A stretch of DNA of 59,608 nt from contig NC_133622.1 in assembly GCF_048593235.1 (NCBI RefSeq), positions 236,003,198 through 236,062,805 on the forward strand. Direction: 5' to 3'. This stretch comes from Sminthopsis crassicaudata (Eukaryota). Below the pieces are notes generated by a model, which saw only the letters and a list, made by a program, of their open reading frames with translations, made no database searches and was not told the DNA's origin. Made by a program: the position numbers and the translations under genes. Shown here piece by piece: positions 25,301-37,000 of the stretch. Position 1 is the first letter of the stretch; each line of letters begins with the position of its first letter.

Positions 25301-28300
25301 AGCTTGATCTTTTGGGATGGAAAGCACTAAAACTATCAGCCGTTTCCCTCAGGGTCCCTTCCAGGCATCTGTGCTTAGAAATAAGCCACTTGGTTTGTAG
25401 GGGGGTGCTTTTTTGCTTTTATATCATGTACCGTCTTGGATTAAAAGTTGTCATCTGAAACCCACCGTTACCTCAGGGAGCTTCCCGAGAGCCATTTTAG
25501 AAAGCCCACAAGGCAACTCCTGTTCCTTATTTTCCCTGTCTCAGACACCCACAATTCAATCATCTTTTGGTTTTAATTCAGAATTGCTGCCCTCAGTGGA
25601 GTATTTCCTACTTTCTGTATCTACTTACTAGGTTAAGAGGAATATGGAGCAGCCCTGACAGGTAGTGAGTGTATGGTCATGGTGGGTAGAAGTGATGTTG
25701 GCTCGTTGTAAAATGGGGGTCATATCTCTTCGGCTTCTCTCATTCCCTCCTTTTTTTTTTTTTTTGTTGTTGCTTTCAGAAGCAAAGTCCACTTCCTTTT
25801 CCTTATACTGGGGGAAGATGATAGGTTTGGGAAAAGGGGGAAACACTTATCTCTTCTGCTTGGCAGGCTCTGGCAAAGGGGATGGTGCTGGGATAGGCTG
25901 GAAACAGCGTGCACTGATTGGTCAGAGGGAGTCGCCTCATAGCATCATTTGGGCTCTCCACCAACATATCCTGGGAGCTCCTCAGCCATCATTCCACCAG
26001 GTGAGATCTCTTGAAAATGAATGGGGATGGAAGGAGGGCCCTTCAGCCTTGGCTGCTCTTGTGGTGACAAATTAGGGGACAGCCCGCTTGAGGTGGTTGC
26101 ATGTTGAGGGAGGGTCAGATTTTTCTGACTTTACCCTGATCCAAGTAACAAGCCTCTTAGTCAGGGGGGGAGGACCGTGGCCTACCCGTAACGGACTGCG
26201 GCTCATATTGGTGATCTCCTGGTGGCTTGGCTGGAGTACCTTCCCAATGGTAATCCCCGGTGATTAACTGGCTTGAAGCCGAGAAGATCAACTCTGTGTG
26301 CTCGGCAGCGGGGTGACAGCCACAATAGGGGGAATTGTGGGGGGGTGCTTGGAACTGGGTATGGATGTGAATGTCTGAGGCCACTCCTTCTCTCTGCCCC
26401 CAGTGTCTTCAGAAGGTCTTTTTGCACTCATTGGGATCCTACCGACTTTTCCGCACAGCCAGTCCCTTTGATCGGAGAACAACCTGCCTGGAATGGCACC
26501 CAACTCACCCCAGCACTCTGGCCGTGGGCTCCAAGGGGGGAGACATCATCCTTTGGGACTATGAAGTACTGGATAAAACCTACTTCATTAAAGGGGTGAG
26601 TTCCTGGGCTGACTTTGAAGGAGAGTCTTTTTCCTGGTCCCTGCTTTGGCTTCTCTGAGGTGTGAGGCCCTGGGGAGGATTTCTTAAGAAACGGGTGAGC
26701 AAGTTGGGTTGAAGGGAAAGCCCCCTCCTCAAATAGAGATTGGGTACAGAAGGTGCTTGGGAGGGCAGATGGGACATTAGTATTTAAAAATCTGCAATGG
26801 CTCCTGGAAATCAAGCCAGGGTATCCTTTGGGAAACCCCGGAAAGACAAAGGCTCTGAATGTTTGAGGGACTCTGCCGTGGGAAAAGCTAAGCTAGGCTC
26901 CCTTGGGGATCTGCCTGTTATAAAGGACACACAGGACTTCAGAGCAGGGGCTGCTGGGCAGATAGAGAGTAGATCCGTGGCTGAGCCTTGAAGGGGAAGA
27001 CAGACTCCTCTTAGTGTCATAAAAGGGAGTTTTCCATGTGTTGGACAGGGGCAGCTGAAGGGACATCATTGGAGAGAGAAAGGGAGGGATGGGCCTGGAA
27101 CTGTAATCCTAATGCTGCCCCGGGTCCCGGGTCACCCTCCATTTCCCCGAGCTCCTTGATTCCCAGGCCCTGCAGCCTTAGAGGCTCCCCTCACTGTCTG
27201 GTTTTTGGTATCAGGGCTGGGTGCTCTTAATACTAAGCCAGAGAGAGGAAGCTGACTTGCCTAGTGGTCAGTGAAAGTAGTTTTTTTTTCTAAATTGCTA
27301 AAAGCAAGCATCATGCCCCTAGAACTGGGGTATCAAATTCTAATAAAAATAAATCCCTGTAGGCCACAGAATACCTAGAAAACCACAAATTATCATCATC
27401 TGACTATACAACTATTTTACAACTATTTAAAGACTAATTATTGTGACAAATATCCACTCAGATAGATAAAAAAATCATTTTGTCTTCAAACAACTTATTT
27501 TCATTGATAACTGACATCCTGGTTTCTCAAAGTATATTTAGATCAAAGAAAAATTGGCAGAAGGGACCTCAACTTATGCAGCAATGTTAACTAAATTAAA
27601 AATTTTTGAGCAAAAATTTAAAAAAAAAAAAAGATCATTATCTGTTATATTTTATTAAATATTTCTTAATAACATTTGAGTCTGGTTCCTGCTGACCTTG
27701 TACTCTAGAGTTTCGGGTGGCCCTTGGGCCTTACTTGGACCCCTGTGCCCATGTTTGACAGGCACTTATAATCCCAGCCAAGCTGGACCTGAAGACGGGA
27801 GGGGAATGGAGGGATGCTGGGTGCTCCTCCCCTTCCTGACACAGCCCCAGCCTTTGGGACTAGAGCCTGGAACAATTCATTTTGAAATCACTCCTGAGCT
27901 ACCAAGTCTTAGAAAAAGGCCCTGCAACAAGCTAGAGACCAAAACACCTTGAAACTCCAGAACCACACCTAAAATTCCAATGCTTAGCACAAACAGGAAA
28001 AAACCAAACCCCAAGCCTATTCTCTCCAAAGAAACAATCGGGAATTAGTGCGTAAATCTTCAGCAGGCAGGCTTCTACATGATAGACTGTCTCATGGAGG
28101 GCGTTTGGCTCTCTTGTGGCACGGGGAGGTATCTGATGGAGGATCTGGCCCGTCTCCAGGGAGGATTTCCACCTTTGGCTGCACCCAGGGAGCCAACAAG
28201 TAGTTTAGCCAGGGTGGGTCAGGCCGGCTGCAGCCAGCCCCATAGAGGATCTGGCCCAGGGCTCCATCTACCACACATCCAATAAGGGATGGTTTATTCT

Positions 28301-31300
28301 GAACCCCTAAAAAAGCACCAGCACCCCCCCCCTTCAAGGAGTTAGAATGAAAGCACTTTTCTTGATCCCTGGGGAGAGGGAATTGGCTAACTTTGTAAAG
28401 TAGCTCCTTCTCACTAAATACTTCTGTACAAACAAGGTCCTATTTATGCAAATGTTTCTGTAAATAGACATAGGGAAGTTACCCAAGAGTCAATGAGCTC
28501 TTGGGGAGTGAGATAAAATCTCAGCTCAGTGGAGAAGAAAATGATCTCAGATCTCACCCTAGATCTCACCTGGGGAGTTTGAACTTAGCAGTTTCTAAAG
28601 GTAGAGGCCCTAGTAATCAAGGGACCTGGTGACTTCTCCACATGGGTGAGAGTCAGGATTTCTTTTCTTTCTCCTGTCTCTCTTGGACCCCACTTCTCTT
28701 TCTCCAAAGCCCCCCAGTACTCAGTTTTGGGGGGCCAGGAGACACATCTCCCTCCCAGCGAGCACACGGTTTCTGAAGGTTGTCCTAAAGGGAATTGGCC
28801 CTGCCATGGGGGGTGTTTGATAGGGCTCCGGCTCAGACTTGGGCAGACCCGACTTTTGGGTTGCCCTCAGCAGATCCTGGCTATGGCATTTAATCTCGTT
28901 CTGCCTGTTGCTCCTCCATTATATGGGGTAATAATGATACCTCTTGCACAGGGTTGCTGGCAAGGAGATGCTACGTAGAGTGCTTAGCCCCGTGGTTGCA
29001 CACAGTAGGTGCTTGAGATAGGCTTCTTCTTTTTCCCCTCCAACTCTTTCATCTCCTAAGCAGATGATCAGTCCGGTGTGGCCCTGTGGGAGCTGGCCAC
29101 TGACCCAGGTCTCTGGCTACGAGAGGCAGAGGATCCTAACAGTGCCCGCTGTTTACAAAGGCCTTGCTCTTCCACCCAGCCCCTCACTCCTTTAGTTGGC
29201 ACAAGCGCAAGCTGGGAGAGGAGGAAACTGACTCAGGCTGTCTCTGGCCCGAGGCTGGGTGACTAGCGAGCGATTAAGAGAGCTGGGCCTAGCATAGGGT
29301 GTCTTAGTGCTCCGGCCCAGTCCAGCCAAACTCCCTGAACCAGATTCAAATGGAATCAGGAAATGTTTAATTAGACAAAAAGACAACATGGATGATGTTT
29401 TGTGGTTTTCCAAATCCATATGCTGCCAGCTGTGATTCTTTTTGAGTTTCATACCGCCACTCTAGGCTCTGCCCCCCCATGGCCCTGCTGACAAGGGGAT
29501 CCCAGTCTGCCTAGTACCCAAGGAGCAGCAGATTCCTAGTGCTAGCCAGGCCAGGATCGGGAGGAATTGCTTAAATGTAGTGTAAGGGTGCCGAGTGAGC
29601 TGTCCTTGCAGGGGCTCAGTTGGACTGGGCAGCTGGGCAGAAGGCTGGGAAGGGGAGAGAGGCTCAATGGAAGATCCAGGAGACTCAGCGTTGCTCATCC
29701 CCATCCTTCCAGCCGTAGCTCCTGAAGCCTTGGCTTGTGAATTTGAAGTCTCTGCTGGCGTTGGCTGGACCTCAGGGCCCGACTGGCATTTCTGGAGGTA
29801 AGAAGTGGCTCAGGAGCTCCTTGTGATTTTCTTCTTTCAGATTGGAGCTGGAGGCAGCATCACAAGCATGAAGTTCAACCCACTCAATACCAACCAGCTG
29901 TTCATTTCTTCAGTGGCGGGCACCACCAGCCTCAAGGATTTCCTGGGCAACACGATTACAGTCTTTACGAGCACAAACACCTGGGAGTAAGCAGCTGCCC
30001 ATCAAGGCAGAGGGGCTCCTGAGATCCAAAGGGAGCACCCAGATCCCCTTTCCCTTCCTCTGGGGCATAGAAAAAGCTATGGCTATTTTCTTGCTCCGGT
30101 GCCCTTTAGTCCTTCCAGTGTGAGGGGTCCCTTCAGGGACCAGGACTGAGTGGCAAGCCTTTGCTCAGTAGCATGGGTGGTTCCAGAGGAAATGGCTGGA
30201 AACTTGCTCCTCCCTGAAGACATCCCGTTCCTTTCAATGTGACTCAGAGAGGAGGCGACTGGGCTGCCTGTCTCACTGGGCCTAGCCTTGGATGTTTGAG
30301 GCCTATGCCTGGGGCCTACCTTTCTGGTCCACCCAGCAAAAGGCCTTGGGCATGGAGCACCTGCGTCTCCTGGGGGAGGAAGCTAGACGAGGGCCTGTGT
30401 GTGGTGTCGGTTTGTAGGAGGGAGGAGTTCTCGGAGTCTTGACTCCCCGTCATGGATTTCTGCCCGACGGGTGGTCAGGTCAGGCCTGCAGCCCCCAGCC
30501 TCAGGTGCCACTGTGATTCTCAGCCACCTGACAGTACCTGTAGCCTAGCCCCAAGGGTCTGAGGGAGCCCAAGCAAAGCAGCAAACTCTCTCCTTTCCTG
30601 TCTGTTGGAGAAGCCAAGAGGCAGGTGGGGGCCTCCAGGGCCTCTGTCTTCTGAGTCCCTGAGACTTCTCCTCCTGGCTTTCCTTCTGCCACTGGGGGTG
30701 GGGAGGGGGGCGAGCTGCCTCCAGGCCCCAGCAGCCACAGCAGCATCACATGCTCAGTCCTGGCCCATCTGCCACATCCCGATGACGGTCCCGGGGCTGT
30801 AGGAAAGCACGTGGAGAAGGAACGCAATCCCATTTCTCCCTCCAGCTACTGGTACACCAGTGTGGATGTGTCTGTCAAAAGTCGTGTGGTGGCCACCGGA
30901 GATAGTATGGGCAATGTGATCTTGCTGAACATGGACGGCAAAGAGGTTTGTTCCCTGGAACTCAGAACGCCAGCTCCCTCCCTCTTCCATCCTTAGCGCC
31001 TGCAACTTGACCTCAGCCCTTTTTCTCTGCAGATCTGGAATCTCAGGCTCCACAAAAAGAAGGTGACCCATGTGTCTTTGAATCCTCTCTGTGACTGGCT
31101 GCTGGCCACAGCCTCGGTGGACCAGACGGTGAAAATCTGGGACCTGCGCCAGATCAGAGGGAAGTCGTCCTTCCTCCACTGGATGCCTCATGAGCGTGCT
31201 GTCAGTGCAGGTGTGAGAGGAGGGAGGGAGCTGAGCCCGCTCCCATTCTGTGGGGATGATAGCGATGAGCTTCCCAGAGTGCTCCTGCAGAATTTTCACT

Positions 31301-33311
31301 TGGGTACTGAGTAAGAGGGTGGAAGGAAGAAAGCCAGTCTGAGGGTACCCAGGCCCCACACTGAGAGGACTTCTCCTACTTGTCCAGCTTATTTCAGTCC
31401 AGACGGGACCAAACTCTTGACCACAGACCAGCACAGCGAGATCCGAGTGTACTCTGCCTCCCACTGGGCATGTCCCCAGCATCTCATTGCTCACCCGCAT
31501 CGCCACTTCCAGCACCTTACGCCCATCAAGGTGAGTAGCAGGAAGCCTTTGGCTCAGGAATCAGCATTATGGCAAGGTTCTGATCAGAGCTGCCCTTCCA
31601 ACATCCGCCAAGGTCATCTTCCAGAACCCTCTCCTTGGGCAGCCACGCTCCTGTCCCTCCTTATTTTCTCTGGGGGCCCTTTCTCAGGATTGTCTCAAAG
31701 AACTCCCTCACCTGGTTCTGATGACTGCTCAGGTACTTATGCCAAAAACTGTTCTTCCCGGTCCCGCTCTCCATATATGGCTCTTCCCAGCAATCTTGCG
31801 CCATCTAAAAGGAAGTTTGCGGTCTCCCTGCACAGTTGCTTAGCCCAACCCCATGCCCGGCATTGGCTCTTCCCAGGTTCCCAGATGCCCAGCGTGAGAG
31901 TTCTGGGTGACCTCTTTTGGCTTCCCCCTGATCCTTGGCAGGATTCTCTCAAAAACATGAGCTTGGCCTTTTGCTCGCCAAGACCACTGCGCCAAGCCAA
32001 ACCCTCTGCCCTTCTAAACACCATCGAGAGCCTCTCTGGGGCAGTTTGTGCATTGCCTTGTACCCTTACCCACAGACCCACAGGGTTCTTGGTTGATTTA
32101 GGCCAAAGCTTCATGGAGGCCACATGGCTTGTGTGTTCCCGGGCATGTGCCAGCCACTCTGGCAAGCAGACCCACCCAGAGCAGGTGACCTGCTGCCAGC
32201 ATCACGCACGCCACTTCTTTTCAAAAGGAGGATTTGTGACATCTTACTGTTTTTGGCCTACCTTGTCCCTGCCTTTCCAGGTACCTGGACTTCGTGTCTC
32301 CATATAGTTATCATTTGAGTCTTGCACAGGGATCCTTGATCCCCCCTAATTCTAGATTTCAGCTTTGTTTTAGGTGATTGTAAACATCGATCCGTACTAC
32401 AGCTGTTGGACTAAATCAGTTTGTACACACCCACTTACAGCAGAGGGGGCCTGCAGCTGGCAAAGCCGCCTGGCAGAGTCTGCCATGTCCAAGGCTTGCC
32501 CCACCCTGTCCCTGTTCTTGGCCCTTGCAAGCACCTCTGTCTTCTCCCAATCAAACCACCTGACTGCCAGGCCCTCTGAGGGTCCAGCATTCTGGGCCCA
32601 CCCATCACCGCCCTGTCCTTCCTCTCCCAGGCAACATGGCATCCCCGTTTCGACCTCATTGTGGTGGGCCGCTATCCAGACCCCAACTTTGTAGGATTCA
32701 CTCCTCATGAGCCTCGGACGATCGATGTATTTGATGGAAACTCAGGGAAGATGACATGCCAGCTATATGACCCAGACTGCTCCGGCATCATCTCGGTGAG
32801 GTCCGGGTTTTGTTGGAAATGGAATGTGGAGACGGTCCCGGAGCTTGGACCCAGAGGCCCCCGGCAGCCTTCCCTTCTCTCACACTCGACTCTTCTTGTC
32901 GCCCTTGCAGCTAAACAAGTTTAATCCCATCGGGGACACCCTGGCCTCTGCGATGGGTGAGTACAAAGGTCTCCTGCCCCAGCTCAGTGATGGCAGCTGC
33001 CGGCCTGAGCTCCCCCCCTCGATCAGTCCAGAAATAGCCACCAGACATGCTGCTGGCCAGTTTCTGTCACCAGCCTCTCCTGGCCTCAGAACCCCTGAGC
33101 TTCCCGGGGGTCCAGTCCCAGGATACCTGGAGGGGCAGAGAGCAGTGAGTGCTTCCCACCTGTCCCAGGTTACAACATTCTCATCTGGAGCCCCCAGGAG
33201 GTTGTGCGCAGTAAGCAGGAGGGGCTGATGAAGGCAATGAATGAGCATGGCCTGGGGAGGGGCCGCTCGGTCCACCAGCCCTCCCCTCGGAACCGACCTG
33301 GCCAGAACTAG
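21894..33311 (+). CDS. DDB2: DNA damage-binding protein 2 (XPE, WD40), 454 aa. Coding exons: 21894-22011, 25867-26000, 26404-26595, 29841-29986, 30846-30945, 31033-31210, 31388-31530, 32631-32795, 32911-32956, 33169-33311.
   Basis: Contains the HLH box [43 protein letters not shown] and the [11 protein letters not shown] (FQH) wedge. Exon 3-9 sizes (192,146,100,178,143,165,46) match the human gene as recalled. The exon-1 donor (GG|GTATCG) is weak and was chosen by phase and length. Confidence 0.96.
23134..23282 (-). mobile_element. Full-length WSINE1-like SINE
   Basis: A/B boxes and a poly-T end, with TSD ttgtaacag at 23124 and 23284. Confidence 0.9.
23531..23673 (-). mobile_element. WSINE1-like SINE
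   Basis: Near-identical to 23134-23282, with a small internal deletion. Confidence 0.88.
27325..27766 (+). mobile_element. hAT MITE interrupted by a polyadenylated insert
   Basis: Ends ctggggtatcaaa...tttgacaggcact and interior ttagaaaaccac/taaatatttc. A related reverse copy lies at 29340-29457. Confidence 0.55.
27403..27633 (+). pseudogene. About 230-bp retrocopied 3' end with poly(A) and TSD
   Basis: ATTAAA at 27595-27600, A13 at 27620-27632, and TSD atcat(c/t)atctg at 27392 and 27634. Confidence 0.55.
29340..29457 (-). mobile_element. hAT MITE fragment (reverse)
   Basis: The reverse complement resembles the element at 27325-27766. Confidence 0.45.
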
Positions 33312-33448
33312 CCAGTGAAAGTGGCAGGACCTGGGCCCAGAAGAGCATGTAAGCACCAGAGAAGGCCATGGAGCCCCCTCAGGCCAAGGCCCTTTGCCCT
33401 GGATGCCTGGGGGGCTCCTCCCCGGAGTCTGGCTAGGGGGGCTGGCAG

Positions 33449-33454
33449 TTTATT
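33449..33454 (-). terminator. ACP2: ACP2 poly(A) signal AATAAA
   Basis: tttatt on the + strand, about 590 nt downstream of the ACP2 stop. Confidence 0.7.
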
Positions 33455-33472
33455 TTGGGTTATCTCACTATT

Positions 33473-33478
33473 AATAAA
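33473..33478 (+). terminator. DDB2: DDB2 poly(A) signal AATAAA
   Basis: First AATAAA after the DDB2 stop (161 nt), followed by T/GT-rich sequence. Confidence 0.75.
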
Positions 33479-34040
33479 GTTCTATCCACTTTGGAAGTCT
33501 GAGTTCTTTGGCCACAGCCCGGCGGAAGGAGAGGCTGCTCACCTCCCCACAAAAACACAAGAAATGCCACGGAGAGTTCAACATTTTCATTCCCCTGGGC
33601 CACAGCCCAGGCTGTCCAGCTCACGACCTGCGCTTGCCAGGGGCTTGTGGGGACCCCCCACCCCTTTATGTACATTCTTCAAGTCAGCTCAGGACATAGG
33701 GGAGGGGGCATGGCAGCTGACCCCGAGGCTTCTGACCTCAGTGACCTGGCTATGCTAGGCCTGGGGGTGGTGGGAGAGATGGAGCATCCTGCCCTGCTAC
33801 AGCATGGCCCCATCCTCCTGCTAGGTACCTATCCAGCATGAAGCACCCATGCTCTGTCCCCGGGGGGCCCGGAGGGAGGAGGCAACAAGGTCGCAGATGC
33901 TGGATTGTGGGGGGGGTCCCGGCCTCCCCCTAGCCAGGCCACAATCTGAGGGCACTCCTGTCTGCCGAGTGGAAGGGGGCTAGGGGTCAGGGACCAGCCC
34001 ACCTCCTCCCCGAGAGTGGAGGGAGGGGGCCCAGTGGTTG

Positions 34041-37000
34041 TCAGGCGTGGTCTTCCCCATCGGCCACATGGCGGTACCCCGGAGGCTGGGCCTGCATCCG
34101 GAAGAGGACTGTGAGCAGCAGCAGGATGAGCAGGAAGAGGATGGAGCCGCACACGGCCAGGGCCACGATCACCTCTGGGGATAGAGGAAAGGAAAGTGTC
34201 AGGAAAGAAGGAGGGCCTGGGCCGACTGGACAGCAGAGAAGTCCTGGGCTCACCTGTGTCCGCCAGGCTGCCCATCACCTGGCACTCCTGGTCCCAGTCC
34301 TCAGGCACGAGGGGCAGAGTGAGGCGCAAGAAGTCCGGGAGGGGGCAGCGCTGGGAGCAGCCGGGCAGGGCCAGCGGCCACGGAGCTTCGGTACTGTCAT
34401 TCCGGAAGTACATCTCCACTGAGAAGTTCCTGGGAGCCACAGAAAAGCTGAGCCTTCCTTCGTGCTAGGGTCCCGCCCCTGCCCCCCACCCCAAGGAAGC
34501 CACCTCAACTCACCCGTCGTCTTCCTGGTAAAGTTCAAACATATGGCAGGAGGCGTAGGGAGCCTGCTCACCATTGTAGACGTCCAGGGCCATCTGCAGG
34601 GCCACCAGTGTGGTGTCATGCTGCAACAAGAGAGCTGCCATGTCCCTGCCGGTCCCAGGGCCCTTCCCTCCACATCCCTGCCACCTGCCCAGGGACCGAG
34701 GGCCGGGGAAACCGGAGGCACGCAGCTGCGACTCACCGCTGAATAGACCAGCAGCTTCGGGTGCCTGGAGGCCGAGGCCGCCCACGTCAGGTTCTTCCGG
34801 ATCTCGGCCAGGAGGACCCCTGAAGGAAAAGGGGGGGATGTTGGGCCGGCGGCAGCCGGCCGAGCATCCTCCTCACCCACTAGAAGAGCTTCATCGAGCT
34901 TGTGATCTCAGAAGACAAAATGGGCTTCAGGGTGGCCACCAGCCCAACTGGGAGGGTCCCTGAGAACCTTCAGAACCAGGGCCCACCCTCCCAGAGCGTC
35001 CTGCCAGTTGTCTGGGATAATGGAAGGCTCTGAGGGCAACTGGGTGGCCCAGGGGAATCAGGAAGGCTCATCCGAGTTCAGATTCGGCCTCAGATTCTTA
35101 CTAGGGACCCTGGGCAAGTCATTTCACCCTGTTTGCCTCAGTTTTCTTATCAGTACAATGAACTGGAGAAGGCGAGGGCAAAGACCCCGGCGACTCTGCT
35201 GAGACAATGCCAAGGAGGTCAGGCAGACTGCGGAAAGGCAGGAGTGACTATAACTAGGGAGCTCTCCAGAGAACACCACACGCGGGAAAGATGAGCCACT
35301 GGCCTGGGGAAGATGGGACTCATGGAGGGCTCCTGCAGAGGGGAGGTCAGCCTGTCTACGACAGCCAAGTGGTGGCGGATGGAGTCTGGTCACAGACCCC
35401 TGAAACATCAGGGGGACTTTGGGAGACTCTGAGCAGGGGAACAGCGGACCGTCCTTGTCACTCACCCCCCTGAAGCCGGGCCTTCTCTGTGGGCCGGTAC
35501 ATTCCAAAAAGGAACCGGAAGCTGAGATCCTTGAGCTGCCGAAGGTGCTGCATGGTCTGGGGCGAGGCCCAGGGCGGCAGGCGCAGTTGGTGGGTTTGCT
35601 GTACAATGTACGGGCAGCTTAGCACCGGGAGGGCTGGGGGGGGCAGAGCTCCCCGAGTGGCTAGTGCATGTGTGCGTGTGCCCTCATGAGGGTTAGGGGG
35701 GAAAGGGGAGGGGGGGACCGGGGATCGCCAGCATGTCTGGGAAGGGGCAGACAAGGAGAGGAAGCCTCCCTTCAGGCCTTCTGAGTCAGCAGAATGTGTC
35801 CTGCAGAAGTGCTGACAGTTAGGAAATCATTTCCCATGCTGGGGTTCTCCCACGGCCCCGGGAGGGGAAGCTCCCCTCGGATGACTCAGCCCAGGATGGC
35901 AGCCCCACCCCTGGCCCCAGCACCTGGCCTGAAGGGTCCCGGGGGGGGTCTACAGCCCGCACCTCACAAAAGAGAGTGTCGTAGATGTTCCAGGCCGTCT
36001 CCAGCGTCAGGTCTGGGACTCCCGTCTCATTAGCCACCATCTCCAGAAACAGCTGTGAAGGCAAACCAGCTGTGGCGACGTCCGTTTCCTGCGGGCTGGC
36101 GGCTCGGCGTCCTGCCCCGCTCCCCCCGCCCCCCCACTTACAGCATTGCGAGCAGTTTCATTTTGGTATTCGGGGGTCTGGCGAGTCTCATTCTGTAGCT
36201 GCTCGAAACGAGGACACGGGCCCAATGGGAACTTGAGAAGCTGTGGCCAGAAAGAGCCGGGCAAAAGGATCAGTGATCGATGAGCCCGGGAAGAGGGGCG
36301 CCCAGGGGCGAAGGGCCACCGGCCTCACCTTGTCCTGGGCCTCCGGGACTGTGTGGACAGGGATAGGCTGCCACGTGACGTTTGGATGGAAGGCCTGCGC
36401 CCCATCCACCGGGAAGAGTCCGGCCAGGTTAGCCTCGGCACTCATGAGAGTGCGGTCAAAGTCTGTGCTCCGGATGTAAACCTGCGGGAGACAAGTGGGC
36501 CAACATCGGCCGGGCCTCCCAGCGGCCTGACCCTGGGCCTCCCGGGACAGCGAGATGGCAAAGAGCGGGGCCTCCCGGGGCCTCCCAGCAGCCCGAGCCT
36601 GGGGCTTGGCGACAGCTGCACCCACGCTTCTAGGACAACTCCAGCCCAGCTGGTGGTTCACTTAGCCATAAGTCCCAACCACCAGCTGGGCGGGGGGGGG
36701 GGGGGGGGGGGGGGGATGGGGAACCCTCAGGAGGCCACTCAGGTGGAGCTGGGCCTGCAAGCAGATGTCCCTCCCCACAAGGGCAGAAGCAGCGGGAGCC
36801 TCTGTTCCCCGAGGTGGGGCCAGGCAAAGGGAGGCACCGTCCCTCCTCCCAGAACCGCCCTCTCTGGGTCCCCAGGCTCACCTCTTCCCGGTGGTAGGAA
36901 GCGTTGAGGAAGCCCCAGTAGCGCTCCCGAAGAGCCTGGCCCAGCTCCCAGTGCTGGAGCATCCCCTCCTGCAAGGCAGACCCGAGGGTGGGTAAAGCCC

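Noticed and set aside
30754-31515. 253-aa antisense ORF over DDB2 exons 5-7
   Set aside because: A typical antisense shadow of coding exons, with no recognisable product.
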